Below are positions 19,140 to 28,584 of a stretch of 64,000 nt of DNA, piece by piece; within the stretch, counting starts at the first letter, position 1; each line of letters opens with the position of its first letter. Where the stretch lies: contig CALFJB010000056.1 in NCBI GenBank assembly GCA_937877565.1, positions 11,151-75,150 on the forward strand, written 5' to 3'. This stretch comes from an uncultured Selenomonadales bacterium. Its GTDB lineage: Bacteria; Bacillota; Negativicutes; Selenomonadales; Selenomonadaceae. Under the pieces are notes generated by a model. It worked only from the letters and a program-made list of their open reading frames with translations, made no database searches and was not told the DNA's origin. The position numbers and the translations under genes were made by a program.

Positions 19140-21260
19140 ATGAACATTCAAAAAGAATTAAAGTATTTGGAATTTGTTAGAAAAGAAATTACACAGCGTA
19201 TGGACTACCTTTCACAAAAATTAAATAATCGTTATGGGGAGCGTTGGGGAATTAGAAATTATATTGGCGAAAATTTTGGCAACATGGATAAGATTGAAAA
19301 AATTATGAGTACAATGGATTTATCGCTACAAGAATTTTTAATATCTGACAATAAAACTGAATTGGAAAAACTGCAAGAATTGTTCCAAAAGCTATGTTTT
19401 GGAAGTATAAATTTTGAATGTGACGATTTCAGATTTGAAGATTTATCAGATAAATTCTACATTGGAAAATATAACTTTAGCACATCAGATGAAGATATTT
19501 TAATTTATGATTGGAGATCGCCAATAGCCGGAATGTTTTACAAGTACGAGACAGGCTATGCTTCATATAAAACACCAATAGGAAAAATAATTAGTGGACG
19601 TATCACCGAAAAGGAAAATTACAGATTCGACACGGACGGCAATTTAATAACCGAACAAGAATTTAGCAACGTCGATATTTTACAAACCGCGCTTGGTAAT
19701 TCCGCCGCTACTCAAATGAAAGATATTGTTGCAACGATTCAGCGCGAACAGTATTCAATTATACACAATGAAAACTATCAAATAATGGTAGTGCAAGGCG
19801 TCGCCGGTTCAGGAAAAACTTCAATAGCACTTCACAGAATCGCTTATCTTTTATACACGTCCAGAGAAAACAAAACAAATATGCAGTCGCAAAATGTAAT
19901 GATTTTGTCCCCGAATAATATTTTTTCTGATTATATTTCAAACGTTTTGCCGGAATTGGGAGAAATTAAAACGCAGGAAATACAATTTTACAATTTCGCC
20001 CAAGACGAATTGGGAAATGAATATGTTATTGAAAGTCCCACCAAAAACAATGAACGAATTATTAACGGCAAAAATTCTGAAGCACTCAAAATTTTAAATT
20101 ACAAATTGAGTGCTGATTTTTTTGAATCGATATTAAAGTTTGTAGAAAATTTTCCTGCAAATTACGTGCAATATAAAGATATTCCTTTAGATTTTATATC
20201 AAACTATGTTAAGTATGAATACGCCTTGAAAGGCAAATTGACCATAACTGCAGATTATATAAAAAATTATTTTGAAAGTAGCAAACTGCCATACTTTAAA
20301 CGCTTTGATGAAATTGGTAGAGCGTTTATTAAAAATGTGGACTGGTCGCCAAATACCACCGCCGAACAAAAACAAAGAGCGCAGCAAAATGTAATTGAAC
20401 GCATAAAAAAAATTTGCTTAATGACTGATGATATTTTGGAATTATATAACGATTTTCTAAGAAATGTTTCAGAAAAGACCGGCTTAGAATTGGGAATTGC
20501 CACGAAGAAATTATTGAAAATTGAAGATGCAATTTCTATTCTTTATTTAAAATTAGTGTTCACAGGACTTTCTGCTAAATTTGATTCGATAAAACACGTT
20601 GTAATTGACGAAATGCAGGACTATTCGTATATACATTTTGAAATTATAAAAAGAATGTTCCCTGAATGTCAAATGACTATACTCGGCGATATAAATCAAG
20701 TGTTAGTGAAACGTGAAAAGAATGTTCTGGACGTTTTGAAAAAAATTTTTCCAAACTCACACATTGAGAAAATCAACAAGGCGTATCGTTCCACGTTTGA
20801 AATAACGACGTTTGCAAGTAAACTGGCTGATATAAAAGATATTGAGCCATTTGACAGACACGGGAAAAATCCGGAAATTATTCCTTGTTTTAGTCAATCA
20901 GCGGAATTTGAACAAATTAAAAAGATTTGCCAACGTCCGGAAAACGCAGATAAAAATATTGCGATTATTTGCAAGACCGTCAAAGCGGCTGAATCAATTT
21001 ACAACAATTTAAAAAATACTATGTACAATTTAAATTTGTGCGTCAAAGAAAATTCTAATCTGAAAAATGGCGTAACGATTATTACTGCTTTTTTGGCAAA
21101 GGGATTAGAATTTGATGCTGTAATTGTTCCTGATGTTGACACTGAAAATTATGCAGACGATATTGACAGACAAATTTTATATATTTCAATCACTCGTGCT
21201 TTACATCGATTGTACATTTTGTACAGCCAAAAACAATCTAATTTATTGGCGCAAGTCTAG
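19140..21260 (+). CDS. helD: HelD-like UvrD/Rep superfamily-1 helicase
   Basis: Walker A GVAGSGKTSIALHR, VIDEMQDYS, C-terminal GLEFDAVIV..ITRALHRLYILY. GC is markedly lower than in the neighbours. Confidence 0.75.
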   Translation: MNIQKELKYLEFVRKEITQRMDYLSQKLNNRYGERWGIRNYIGENFGNMDKIEKIMSTMDLSLQEFLISDNKTELEKLQELFQKLCFGSINFECDDFRFEDLSDKFYIGKYNFSTSDEDILIYDWRSPIAGMFYKYETGYASYKTPIGKIISGRITEKENYRFDTDGNLITEQEFSNVDILQTALGNSAATQMKDIVATIQREQYSIIHNENYQIMVVQGVAGSGKTSIALHRIAYLLYTSRENKTNMQSQNVMILSPNNIFSDYISNVLPELGEIKTQEIQFYNFAQDELGNEYVIESPTKNNERIINGKNSEALKILNYKLSADFFESILKFVENFPANYVQYKDIPLDFISNYVKYEYALKGKLTITADYIKNYFESSKLPYFKRFDEIGRAFIKNVDWSPNTTAEQKQRAQQNVIERIKKICLMTDDILELYNDFLRNVSEKTGLELGIATKKLLKIEDAISILYLKLVFTGLSAKFDSIKHVVIDEMQDYSYIHFEIIKRMFPECQMTILGDINQVLVKREKNVLDVLKKIFPNSHIEKINKAYRSTFEITTFASKLADIKDIEPFDRHGKNPEIIPCFSQSAEFEQIKKICQRPENADKNIAIICKTVKAAESIYNNLKNTMYNLNLCVKENSNLKNGVTIITAFLAKGLEFDAVIVPDVDTENYADDIDRQILYISITRALHRLYILYSQKQSNLLAQV

Positions 21261-21316
21261 TTTCTTTTGTGTATTTCAGTTATTAAAAATTTCTTTAATT
21301 TCTAAAGTCATAGCTA

Positions 21317-21345
21317 TTGCGAAAAAATTTTTGCTATTATATAAT
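21317..21345 (+). promoter_or_regulatory. sigma-70 type promoter of the PTS operon
   Basis: TTGCGA, 17-nt spacer, TATAAT, about 50 nt upstream of the IIB start. Confidence 0.6.
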
Positions 21346-21393
21346 TCAAGCGTCGAATTTTATATTGTTTTCTTTTAGAAAGGTGGTATTTTT

Positions 21394-21885
21394 ATGGAAA
21401 TTGCTTTCTGCCGTATCGACGATCGTTTGATTCACGGACAAGTAGCAACTGTTTGGTCAAAGGTTACGGGTTGCAACCGCATTATGTGCGTTAGTGACGA
21501 AGTTGCAAAAGACGAACTCCGCAAAAAACTCTTATTGCAAATTGTTCCGCCCGGACTCAAAGGCTACGTTATTTCAGTTGACAAAGCTATTGAAGCTTAC
21601 AACAACCCCAAGTATGACAGCTTTAAAACTTTGTTCTTGTTCACCAATCCTACTGACGTTGTTCGCGCAGTGAAGGGCGGTATCCCCTTCAAATCCGTCA
21701 ATCTCGGCGGTAAAACCTTCAAAGACGGCGATACTATGATTTCTTCAGCCGTCGGCGTAAGTCCAAAAGACGTTGAAGCTTTAAAAGAACTTGTCAACAT
21801 GGGCATCGAAGTCGAACTTCGCAAACTTGCGAACGATACAAAAGTTGATGTAGTTGACGCATTGAAGGCTAAAGGTCTTTGGTAA
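21394..21885 (+). CDS. PTS mannose/fructose/sorbose family IIB component
   Basis: N-terminus MEIAFCRIDDRLIHGQV (phospho-His loop of Man-class IIB). Confidence 0.85.
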   Translation: MEIAFCRIDDRLIHGQVATVWSKVTGCNRIMCVSDEVAKDELRKKLLLQIVPPGLKGYVISVDKAIEAYNNPKYDSFKTLFLFTNPTDVVRAVKGGIPFKSVNLGGKTFKDGDTMISSAVGVSPKDVEALKELVNMGIEVELRKLANDTKVDVVDALKAKGLW

Positions 21886-21973
21886 AATTTTCATTATCAT
21901 TAAGGCAGGAGAGTTGGCTGAAATTTTTTCGGCTAAACTCTCTTTCCCTTAAAAGAAAGGAGTGTTCCACGTT

Positions 21974-22774
21974 ATGACAATAGTATTACTCTTTATAGTA
22001 GCAATGATAACCGGTTTTGCATCAGTTTTGGACGAAATGCAATTCCATCGCCCAGTTTTGGCTTGTACAATGACAGGCGCAGTTTTGGGCGATATGACAA
22101 CAGGTATTATTCTTGGCGGTACACTTGAAATGATGGCACTCGGCTGGATGAACGTTGGTGCGGCTATGGCTCCTGACGCGGCGTTGGCGTCCGTCGTTTC
22201 TACTATTTTGGTTATTGTAGGTCATCAAAGCATTGGTGCAGGTATCGCATTGGCTGTTCCGCTTGCGGCGGCTGGTCAAGTTTTAACTATTTTTGTTCGT
22301 ACAATAACGGTTTTCTTCCAACATTTGGCTGATAAATACGCTGAAGAGGGAAATTGTCGCGGAATTGAAATGTGTCACTTTTTAGGCTTACTTTTACAGG
22401 GTCTGCGCGTTGCTCTTCCTTCAGTTGCAATTTATATGGTTGCAGGTACTGATACTGTTAATGACGCCCTCAATTCAATTCCTGAAGTCGTTACACGCGG
22501 CTTGCAAGTCGCCGGTGGATTTATCGTTGTCGTAGGTTACGCAATGGTTATCAACCTTATGAACGCCGGAAAACTTATGGTTTACTTTTTCTTAGGATTT
22601 ATTCTTGCAGTCTTTACAGATGTCAACCTGATAGGTTTCGGTGCTATCGGCGCAATTTGTGCTTACTTCCATATTCAAACATTGCAACAGAATATCAATA
22701 TCGAAGAAGCGGCTAAAACCGGCGGCGGGTCTGCTATCGAAGGCGACGACATCGACGATTCTGATTTAATGTAA
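21974..22774 (+). CDS. PTS mannose family IIC component
   Basis: Polytopic membrane protein next to IIB and IID; start set to ATG 21974 for better spacing from AAAGGAG. Confidence 0.85.
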   Translation: MTIVLLFIVAMITGFASVLDEMQFHRPVLACTMTGAVLGDMTTGIILGGTLEMMALGWMNVGAAMAPDAALASVVSTILVIVGHQSIGAGIALAVPLAAAGQVLTIFVRTITVFFQHLADKYAEEGNCRGIEMCHFLGLLLQGLRVALPSVAIYMVAGTDTVNDALNSIPEVVTRGLQVAGGFIVVVGYAMVINLMNAGKLMVYFFLGFILAVFTDVNLIGFGAIGAICAYFHIQTLQQNINIEEAAKTGGGSAIEGDDIDDSDLM

Positions 22775-22787
22775 GGAGGCGAACGAA

Positions 22788-23609
22788 ATGGCAGAAAAAA
22801 AAGTTACAAAAGACGATCTGTTTTGGGTGTTTGTGAAATCTAACTTCCTGCTCGGCTCGTTCAACTTTGAGCGTATGCAGGCAATGGGCTTTTGCGTTGC
22901 AATGATGCCTATTTTAAAACGCGTTTATACAGGCGACGATTTGAAAAAAGCTTTAAAACGTCACTTGGAATTTTTTAACACTCAACCATTCGTTGCGGCG
23001 GCGATTATGGGTATTATCGGCGCAATGGAAGAAAAGAAAGCTAACGGCGCAGAAATTAGCGAAGCAACATTATCCGGCGTTAAAGTCGGTTTAATTGGAC
23101 CTTTGGCGGGCGTCGGCGATCCTATATTCTGGGGTACATTACGTCCTGTTTTGGCGGCACTAGGCGCGGGTATTGCTCTCACAGGCTCTTTACTTGGTCC
23201 AATTATTTTCTTCGTCGGTTTTAATGCTATTCGTCTTGCAACTCACTGGTATGGCGTTATGTACGGTTATGAACGCGGTACTGCGTTGGTTGAAAACATT
23301 GGCGGTAACCAAATGCGTTTCCTCACTGAAGGTTCATCTGTTCTCGGTTTGTTCGTTATGGGCGCACTCGTTGCGAAATGGACTAGTGTTAATATGCCGC
23401 TCGTCATTTCTGAATACGACAATTCAGCCGGTGAACACGTTGTAACAACTTTGCAATCAATTCTTGATAGTTTGATGCCTAGTATTGTTCCGCTGTTGAT
23501 GACTTTTGCTTGTATGTACCTCCTCAAGAAAGGCGTCAACGCTTTAACAATTATCGTTGGACTTTTCATTATCGGTATTGCAGGTTACGCTTGCGGTCTT
23601 ATGGCGTAA
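22788..23609 (+). CDS. PTS mannose family IID component
   Basis: FNFERMQAMGFCVAMMP..FFNTQPFVAAAIMG typical of ManZ-like IID. Confidence 0.85.
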   Translation: MAEKKVTKDDLFWVFVKSNFLLGSFNFERMQAMGFCVAMMPILKRVYTGDDLKKALKRHLEFFNTQPFVAAAIMGIIGAMEEKKANGAEISEATLSGVKVGLIGPLAGVGDPIFWGTLRPVLAALGAGIALTGSLLGPIIFFVGFNAIRLATHWYGVMYGYERGTALVENIGGNQMRFLTEGSSVLGLFVMGALVAKWTSVNMPLVISEYDNSAGEHVVTTLQSILDSLMPSIVPLLMTFACMYLLKKGVNALTIIVGLFIIGIAGYACGLMA

Positions 23610-23630
23610 TTTCATAAAAATTTTTTCTAC

Positions 23631-23661
23631 GGACTCTGCAAATTTGCGGAGTCTTTTTTTT
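23631..23661 (+). terminator. intrinsic terminator of the PTS operon
   Basis: Hairpin GGACTCTGCAAATTTGCGGAGTC followed by T8. Confidence 0.75.
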
Positions 23662-23713
23662 GCAAATTTTTATGTAATGATATAAAATTATAAAAAACAT
23701 TGGAGAGGATTTA

Positions 23714-24463
23714 ATGACGCTAGCAGTTGTTATTTTAACTAGAAATGAAGAAATTAATATAGTTGAGGTTATAAAAAATGTTCGGCAATGTACTGATGAA
23801 ATTTTAGTGATTGATTCCGGAAGTAATGATAAAACGGTTGAACTTGCCGAAGAAAACGGGGCGCAAGTTTTTTATCGTGCGTGGACGAATGACTTTGCGG
23901 CGCAGAGAAATTTTGCATTAGATAAAACTTTGGCAGATTGGATTTTATATATTGACGCGGACGAAAGATTAACTACAAAAACTGTTGAGCATATAAAAAA
24001 AATCCTCGCGCAGGAGGAATTAAATTTTCAGTATAAAGTGCAACGCAAGACAACTGCCTTTGGAGTAACTTTTAGTCATGGCGTTTTGCAACCTGATTAT
24101 ATTTTGAGAATGTTTCCGCGTGAAAAAGTGCAATGGTCAGGCAAAGTTCATGAGCATCCAAATTGCCCTTGCGAAATTAAAACATTGCGAGGTTATTTGG
24201 AACATTACACTTACAGAAATTGGGAAACGTGGGAAAAGAAAATGCAACTTTACAGCAATATATGGGCGGAAGGAGCATTTCAAAACGGTAAAAAAATTTC
24301 AAAGGCGGGAGCTTTTCTTCATGCTATTGCAGGATTTTTCAAAATGTTTATCTTGAAAGCCGGATTTTTAGATGGTTGGTATGGCTTTTATACTTGTGCG
24401 AATCACTTTTTTTATACGCAGATGAAATATTTGAAACTATTGGAGCTGCAAAATAAAAAATGA
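23714..24463 (+). CDS. family 2 glycosyltransferase
   Basis: VVILTRNEE..IDSGSNDKT..YIDADE (DxD) pattern. Confidence 0.75.
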   Translation: MTLAVVILTRNEEINIVEVIKNVRQCTDEILVIDSGSNDKTVELAEENGAQVFYRAWTNDFAAQRNFALDKTLADWILYIDADERLTTKTVEHIKKILAQEELNFQYKVQRKTTAFGVTFSHGVLQPDYILRMFPREKVQWSGKVHEHPNCPCEIKTLRGYLEHYTYRNWETWEKKMQLYSNIWAEGAFQNGKKISKAGAFLHAIAGFFKMFILKAGFLDGWYGFYTCANHFFYTQMKYLKLLELQNKK

Positions 24464-24615
24464 ATTATTTTAATTGGGAGAAACATTTTGCACAAACTAA
24501 AAAATGGGCTAACGCCCTCACAATTTTTAATTATATAATAAAACACAATCTAACCAAAATTATCAATACAAAAATTAATTCGCTACATATCACAAAAATA
24601 ACGCTTAAATATACT

Positions 24616-24674
24616 TAAACTCCACGACCTTAAACTCTCTCTTACTATCTCTATTCAAGCTGCTCCTCAAATTC
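24616..24674 (+). repeat. left copy of a perfect 59-bp direct repeat (partner 54342-54400)
   Basis: Both copies read TAAACTCCACGACCTTAAACTCTCTCTTACTATCTCTATTCAAGCTGCTCCTCAAATTC. This copy supplies the last 7 codons and stop of the acyl-CoA synthetase gene on the opposite strand. Confidence 0.95.
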
Positions 24675-26285
24675 TAGAGCGACGAGTTTATCTGCGCCGT
24701 AGGTTTTACGCAGGAGCGGTTTTTCAATTTTACCGGTAGCGTTACGGGGGACGCGGGCGAAAATAATTTTACGCGGGCGTTTGTAGCGGGGCAAATCGTT
24801 ACAGAAGTTTAAGACTTCATCGGCGGAAAGGTTGAAACCGTCTTTGAGTTCGATAATCGCGGCGGCAATTTCGCCTAAGCGTTTATCGTGCAGACCAATA
24901 ACGGCGACGTCTTTAATGGCGTCGTTTTTACGTAGGAAGTCCTCAATTTGGACGGGGTAGATATTTTCACCGCCTGAAACTATGACGTCTTTTTTTCTGT
25001 CAACGAGGTAGTAAAAGCCGTCATTATCTTGTTTAGCCATATCGCCGGTAAGAAGCCAACCGTCCTTTAAGACTTCGGCAGTGGCGGTAGGGTCGTTGTA
25101 ATAGCAAGTCATCACGCCGGGACCAAATACGGCAAGTTCGCCGACTTCTCCGCGTTTAACTTCGTTTAAATTGTCGTCAACGATTTTGCATTGCCAACGG
25201 TAACCGGGGATTCCAATTGCGCCGACTTTGTGAATATTGTCTAAGCCTAAGTGAACGCAGCCGGGACCGGTAGATTCAGATAAACCATAATTAGTATCGT
25301 ATTGATGATTGGGAAAATACTTTTTCCAACGTTTAATGAGTGAAGGCGGAACAGGTTGTGCGCCGATGTGCATTAAACGCCATTGATTTAAGTTAAAATC
25401 TTGAAGTTTCAAAATGCCGCTGTCAAGTTCGTCAAGAATATCTTGCGCCCACGGGACAAGAAGCCAAACAATGGTACAATGTTCATTGGAAATGGCGGAA
25501 AGAATATCACGCGGCTTAGTGCCTTTTAAAAGTACAGCCTTAGAGCCTGCGACAAGACTACCCATCCAGTGAAATTTTGCGCCGGTGTGGTAAAGTGGCG
25601 GGATGCACAAGAAGCAGTCGTCACGATTAGTAAGATGGTGGACTTGTTCCATTTGCGCGGCTTGAATCAGCGATTGGTGATTGTGTAGAATAGCCTTAGG
25701 AAAACCGGTAGTACCAGAACTGAAATAAATAGCGGCGTCGTCGTCATCAGTCAATTTAATATTGGGCGAAAGGCTTTTACAGTTGGCGGCTAGGATATGG
25801 TAAGACTCTGCGAATGACGGGCAGTTATTGCCGACAAAAATCAATTTAACGTCATTCAATTTATCCGAAATAGCCTCAATTCTGCCAATAAATTCTTCGC
25901 CGAAGAAAATTACATTGACGTTGGCGAGTTTAGCGCAATAGAGAATTTCATCAGCCGTGTAACGGAAATTGAAGGGAACGGCAACTGCGCCGGTTTTTAA
26001 AATACCGAAGTAAATAGGCAACCAGTCAAGGCAGTTGTACATAATCAAGGCGACTTTATCACCTTTATTAATGCCGTGTTCGATAAGGAAATTGGCGCAA
26101 CGGTTAGCTTTTTCGTCGAAGACGCGCCACGTAATATCTGCGCGAGAATCGGCAAAACGATTAGACTCAATTAAATCGAAATCTTTCCACGTACGTTTAA
26201 CGGTATTAGCGGGATTCAGTTCAATTAGAGCGGTTTCATCGGGATAAAGTTTAGCGTTACGTTCCAGATATTCCGTTACGGGCAC
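24651..26285 (-). CDS. AMP-dependent acyl-CoA synthetase/ligase
   Basis: AMP-binding motif YFSSGTTGFPKA, GWLLTGDMA, PRNATGKI; GTG start after AGGAGG. Confidence 0.85.
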   Translation of the reverse strand: MPVTEYLERNAKLYPDETALIELNPANTVKRTWKDFDLIESNRFADSRADITWRVFDEKANRCANFLIEHGINKGDKVALIMYNCLDWLPIYFGILKTGAVAVPFNFRYTADEILYCAKLANVNVIFFGEEFIGRIEAISDKLNDVKLIFVGNNCPSFAESYHILAANCKSLSPNIKLTDDDDAAIYFSSGTTGFPKAILHNHQSLIQAAQMEQVHHLTNRDDCFLCIPPLYHTGAKFHWMGSLVAGSKAVLLKGTKPRDILSAISNEHCTIVWLLVPWAQDILDELDSGILKLQDFNLNQWRLMHIGAQPVPPSLIKRWKKYFPNHQYDTNYGLSESTGPGCVHLGLDNIHKVGAIGIPGYRWQCKIVDDNLNEVKRGEVGELAVFGPGVMTCYYNDPTATAEVLKDGWLLTGDMAKQDNDGFYYLVDRKKDVIVSGGENIYPVQIEDFLRKNDAIKDVAVIGLHDKRLGEIAAAIIELKDGFNLSADEVLNFCNDLPRYKRPRKIIFARVPRNATGKIEKPLLRKTYGADKLVALEFEEQLE

Positions 26286-26315
26286 TTCAGCACCTCCTTT
26301 TACTTAACTGATTGT

Positions 26316-26343
26316 ATTATACATTGTGTTAAAAATTTGTCAA
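26316..26343 (-). promoter_or_regulatory. sigma-70 promoter of the acyl-CoA synthetase gene
   Basis: Minus strand reads TTGACA, 16 nt, TGTATAAT (extended -10). Confidence 0.6.
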
Positions 26344-26350
26344 TACAGGG

Positions 26351-26379
26351 CAAAAAAAAAGATGGCGGAAATTTCCGCC
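26351..26379 (-). terminator. intrinsic terminator ending the phage late operon
   Basis: Minus strand reads GGCGGAAATTTCCGCC followed by a T9 run. Confidence 0.75.
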
Positions 26380-26388
26380 GGTAAAAAA

Positions 26389-26721
26389 TTATTCTAAGCC
26401 GTATAAATCAAAAAGTGCGTCGTAAATATCTAGAATTGCCGCTTTAACTTCTTCGACGCTGTGAGCCTGCTGAAGATTTTCGCGCAGGACGTTTTGAATT
26501 TGAATGCCGCCGTCGACTTTTTTAATTAAAACTGTCGGCGTATTTTCTATTGGCGGCTTATCTAAGATTGAATTAATTTCGCCGTCGATTGAAATACCTT
26601 CGGCGTCGTCTTCGCTGCAGAAAATCCACGTGCCGTTGTTATTGCGGCGGATGTAGCGCGGTGTTTCCACGTTGAAACTTTCGCCGGTTGTCGTGTTTAT
26701 TATTTTGTACAAATTTTTCAC
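26389..26721 (-). CDS. hypothetical phage protein
   Basis: 110-aa ORF, last gene of the late operon. Confidence 0.5.
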   Translation of the reverse strand: MKNLYKIINTTTGESFNVETPRYIRRNNNGTWIFCSEDDAEGISIDGEINSILDKPPIENTPTVLIKKVDGGIQIQNVLRENLQQAHSVEEVKAAILDIYDALFDLYGLE

Positions 26722-26742
26722 TCCTTCACTGTATCCTAAAAA

Positions 26743-27003
26743 CTACTCCTTCAGCTTTTGTATTTCAAATTTAATCTGATGAAGTTCCTCGCGCAGGATT
26801 GTTTCAAGTGAATTTAATCGACTTTCAAAAATTTCAATGCGCTGTACAAGGAAATTGGTTTGTAATTGAAGTTGAGAAACTGCATTTGACAGCGCACTTA
26901 CGGAATCAGCCAATTCTTTCATTTTATCAATTCCTTTGAAGATTAAAATACAGTTGATAACGCCGAGTGCGCCGAGCTCCAGAAGTTTTGCGTACTCTTC
27001 CAT
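26743..27003 (-). CDS. small membrane-anchored coiled-coil protein (possible holin or lysis accessory)
   Basis: N-terminal hydrophobic helix LGALGVINCILIF followed by a heptad-rich helix; assignment is speculative. Confidence 0.4.
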   Translation of the reverse strand: MEEYAKLLELGALGVINCILIFKGIDKMKELADSVSALSNAVSQLQLQTNFLVQRIEIFESRLNSLETILREELHQIKFEIQKLKE

Positions 27004-27015
27004 AATTTCACCGCC

Positions 27016-28236
27016 TTAAATATCAGCGATGAACAGGTTTTCGTCGTCTGGCATTGCGGAATTTTCATTTTCGGGATTGAGATTTAAAAGTTGGACAGGG
27101 GCGGTTAAATCATAATCAAAACCAGTAGCAGAGACGAACGGAATATAGCGAACAGTGCCGCTTGTTACGCCGTACAAATTCGTTTCAAAGGTGACTCTAC
27201 CTCTTGAATAATAAGTAGTTATTTTTGTTCCGTTTTCAATAGCTGTAACTGTGGGAGTATCCCTTAGAATCAGCAAATCTGAATTTTGATTAAAGCCGTA
27301 AAAATTCAGCGTTGCTTTAGATTTATCAAAAATAGCAATAGTATTATTGCCTTCGGCGGTGCAAAGTGAATAATTGCCACGAGAAGAGTACTCTTTTAAA
27401 CCGATGAACTGATAACCGTGCGCTGTGGTGTCAATCGTTGCATTTTTAGCAAAACTATGAGTACTAAAAAGCGTACAATGTTGCCCTGTGTTTAAGTATA
27501 AATTAGACTCGCGTGCCTTAAGGCTGCAATAATCGCCGGAATTGTTAAAATAATACGCATTGTCTAAAGTGACGTGGTCGCCGCTGTTTGTAACCCTTCC
27601 ATAATTACAATAAACGCTGTCGCCGGTATTTGTACAAAAGGGAGTATAAAAATTAGAACTTTGAATACTCACATTGTTGCCGCTATTTGAAACTGAAGAA
27701 TACGTATATATTTTAGTGTCCGAGTCATAGTCAGTGCAACTATCGTTGACGATTATTGAACAAGACGCGCCGCTGTTTGTAATTGTTTTTGCGCCGCTGT
27801 AATTAAATGTGCCCTTCGCCGAAATAGTTACACTGTCGCCGGTATTTAAAATTGAATCGTGCCCATTGCCGCAGGCAATGCTGACGCTGTCGCCGATATT
27901 TTCTATTGTGTCGTCGCCCGCGCCGGTTACGATTGTTACCGCGTCCAAACTATTTCTTACCACGTCGTTATATTCGCCGGTATGAATTTGCTCAAAATCT
28001 GAATTGATTATACTGACTGCGCGGCTTTCAGCGTATATGACGTTGTCCGGCACTATCACAACGTCGTCAGTTTCTACTTTTTCAATCGCAGTTAAAGTGT
28101 TGTCAGAAAGGCCTGCAACGTGCGCCACGAAAACCGCCACGTCTGAATCTGCCGCCAATGGATTTACGTTGCTGATGTTTTTCGTTACTTCCGCGCCGTT
28201 CGCCTTCCTCGTCGTGTAATTTATCGAATTTGCCAT
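27016..28236 (-). CDS. phage protein: small-paralog N-domain fused to a beta-helix-like repeat domain
   Basis: N-terminal 60 aa are paralogous to the 66-aa protein upstream. They are followed by more than 8 repeats of N(S/T)GD.(V/C)(S/T)(I/L). Confidence 0.6.
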   Translation of the reverse strand: MANSINYTTRKANGAEVTKNISNVNPLAADSDVAVFVAHVAGLSDNTLTAIEKVETDDVVIVPDNVIYAESRAVSIINSDFEQIHTGEYNDVVRNSLDAVTIVTGAGDDTIENIGDSVSIACGNGHDSILNTGDSVTISAKGTFNYSGAKTITNSGASCSIIVNDSCTDYDSDTKIYTYSSVSNSGNNVSIQSSNFYTPFCTNTGDSVYCNYGRVTNSGDHVTLDNAYYFNNSGDYCSLKARESNLYLNTGQHCTLFSTHSFAKNATIDTTAHGYQFIGLKEYSSRGNYSLCTAEGNNTIAIFDKSKATLNFYGFNQNSDLLILRDTPTVTAIENGTKITTYYSRGRVTFETNLYGVTSGTVRYIPFVSATGFDYDLTAPVQLLNLNPENENSAMPDDENLFIADI

Positions 28237-28237
28237 T

Positions 28238-28438
28238 TTAATCCCCCAATTCAGGTATTTCTAAATCACTCTTCGATACTTTTTCAATTTTTTCTACAGA
28301 ATTGTTGCTCAATCCATTCAACGCCACTATAAAACTTGACAGCTCGTTATTCGTCGCGTTCGGATTTACATTGCTGATGTTGCGGGTTACTTCCTTGCCG
28401 TTCCCGCGTTTTGTTGTTACTTTTAATGTTGTTGACAT
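28238..28438 (-). CDS. small phage protein, DUF1659/DUF2922-like paralog
   Basis: MSTTLKVTTKRGNGKEVTRNISNVNPNATNNELSSFIVALNGL aligns with the N-terminus of the 406-aa protein. Confidence 0.6.
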   Translation of the reverse strand: MSTTLKVTTKRGNGKEVTRNISNVNPNATNNELSSFIVALNGLSNNSVEKIEKVSKSDLEIPELGD

Positions 28439-28463
28439 TTTTAATTTCTCCTTTCAGTCGAAA

Positions 28464-28584
28464 TTAGGTGTTAGGAATTAGGTGTTAGGAATTAGGTGTT
28501 AGGAATTAGGTGTTAGGTGTTAGGTGTTAGGTATTAGGGATTAGGGATTAGGGAAGTGTAAAACCTAAAACCTAAAACCTAAAC
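28464..28584. repeat. heptamer array forming an imperfect hairpin (TTAGGTG/TTAGGAA/TTAGGGA arm, CCTAAAA arm)
   Basis: Read directly; about 17 units. It overlaps the stop codon of the fiber gene and is followed by leader 28447-28461. Confidence 0.9.

Noticed and set aside
28464-28584. Possible CRISPR array (also considered for 37956-38145 and 39102-39176)
   Set aside because: The repeat unit is only 7 nt with no spacers. No cas genes are present. The arrays sit exactly between cistrons and often form self-complementary arms.
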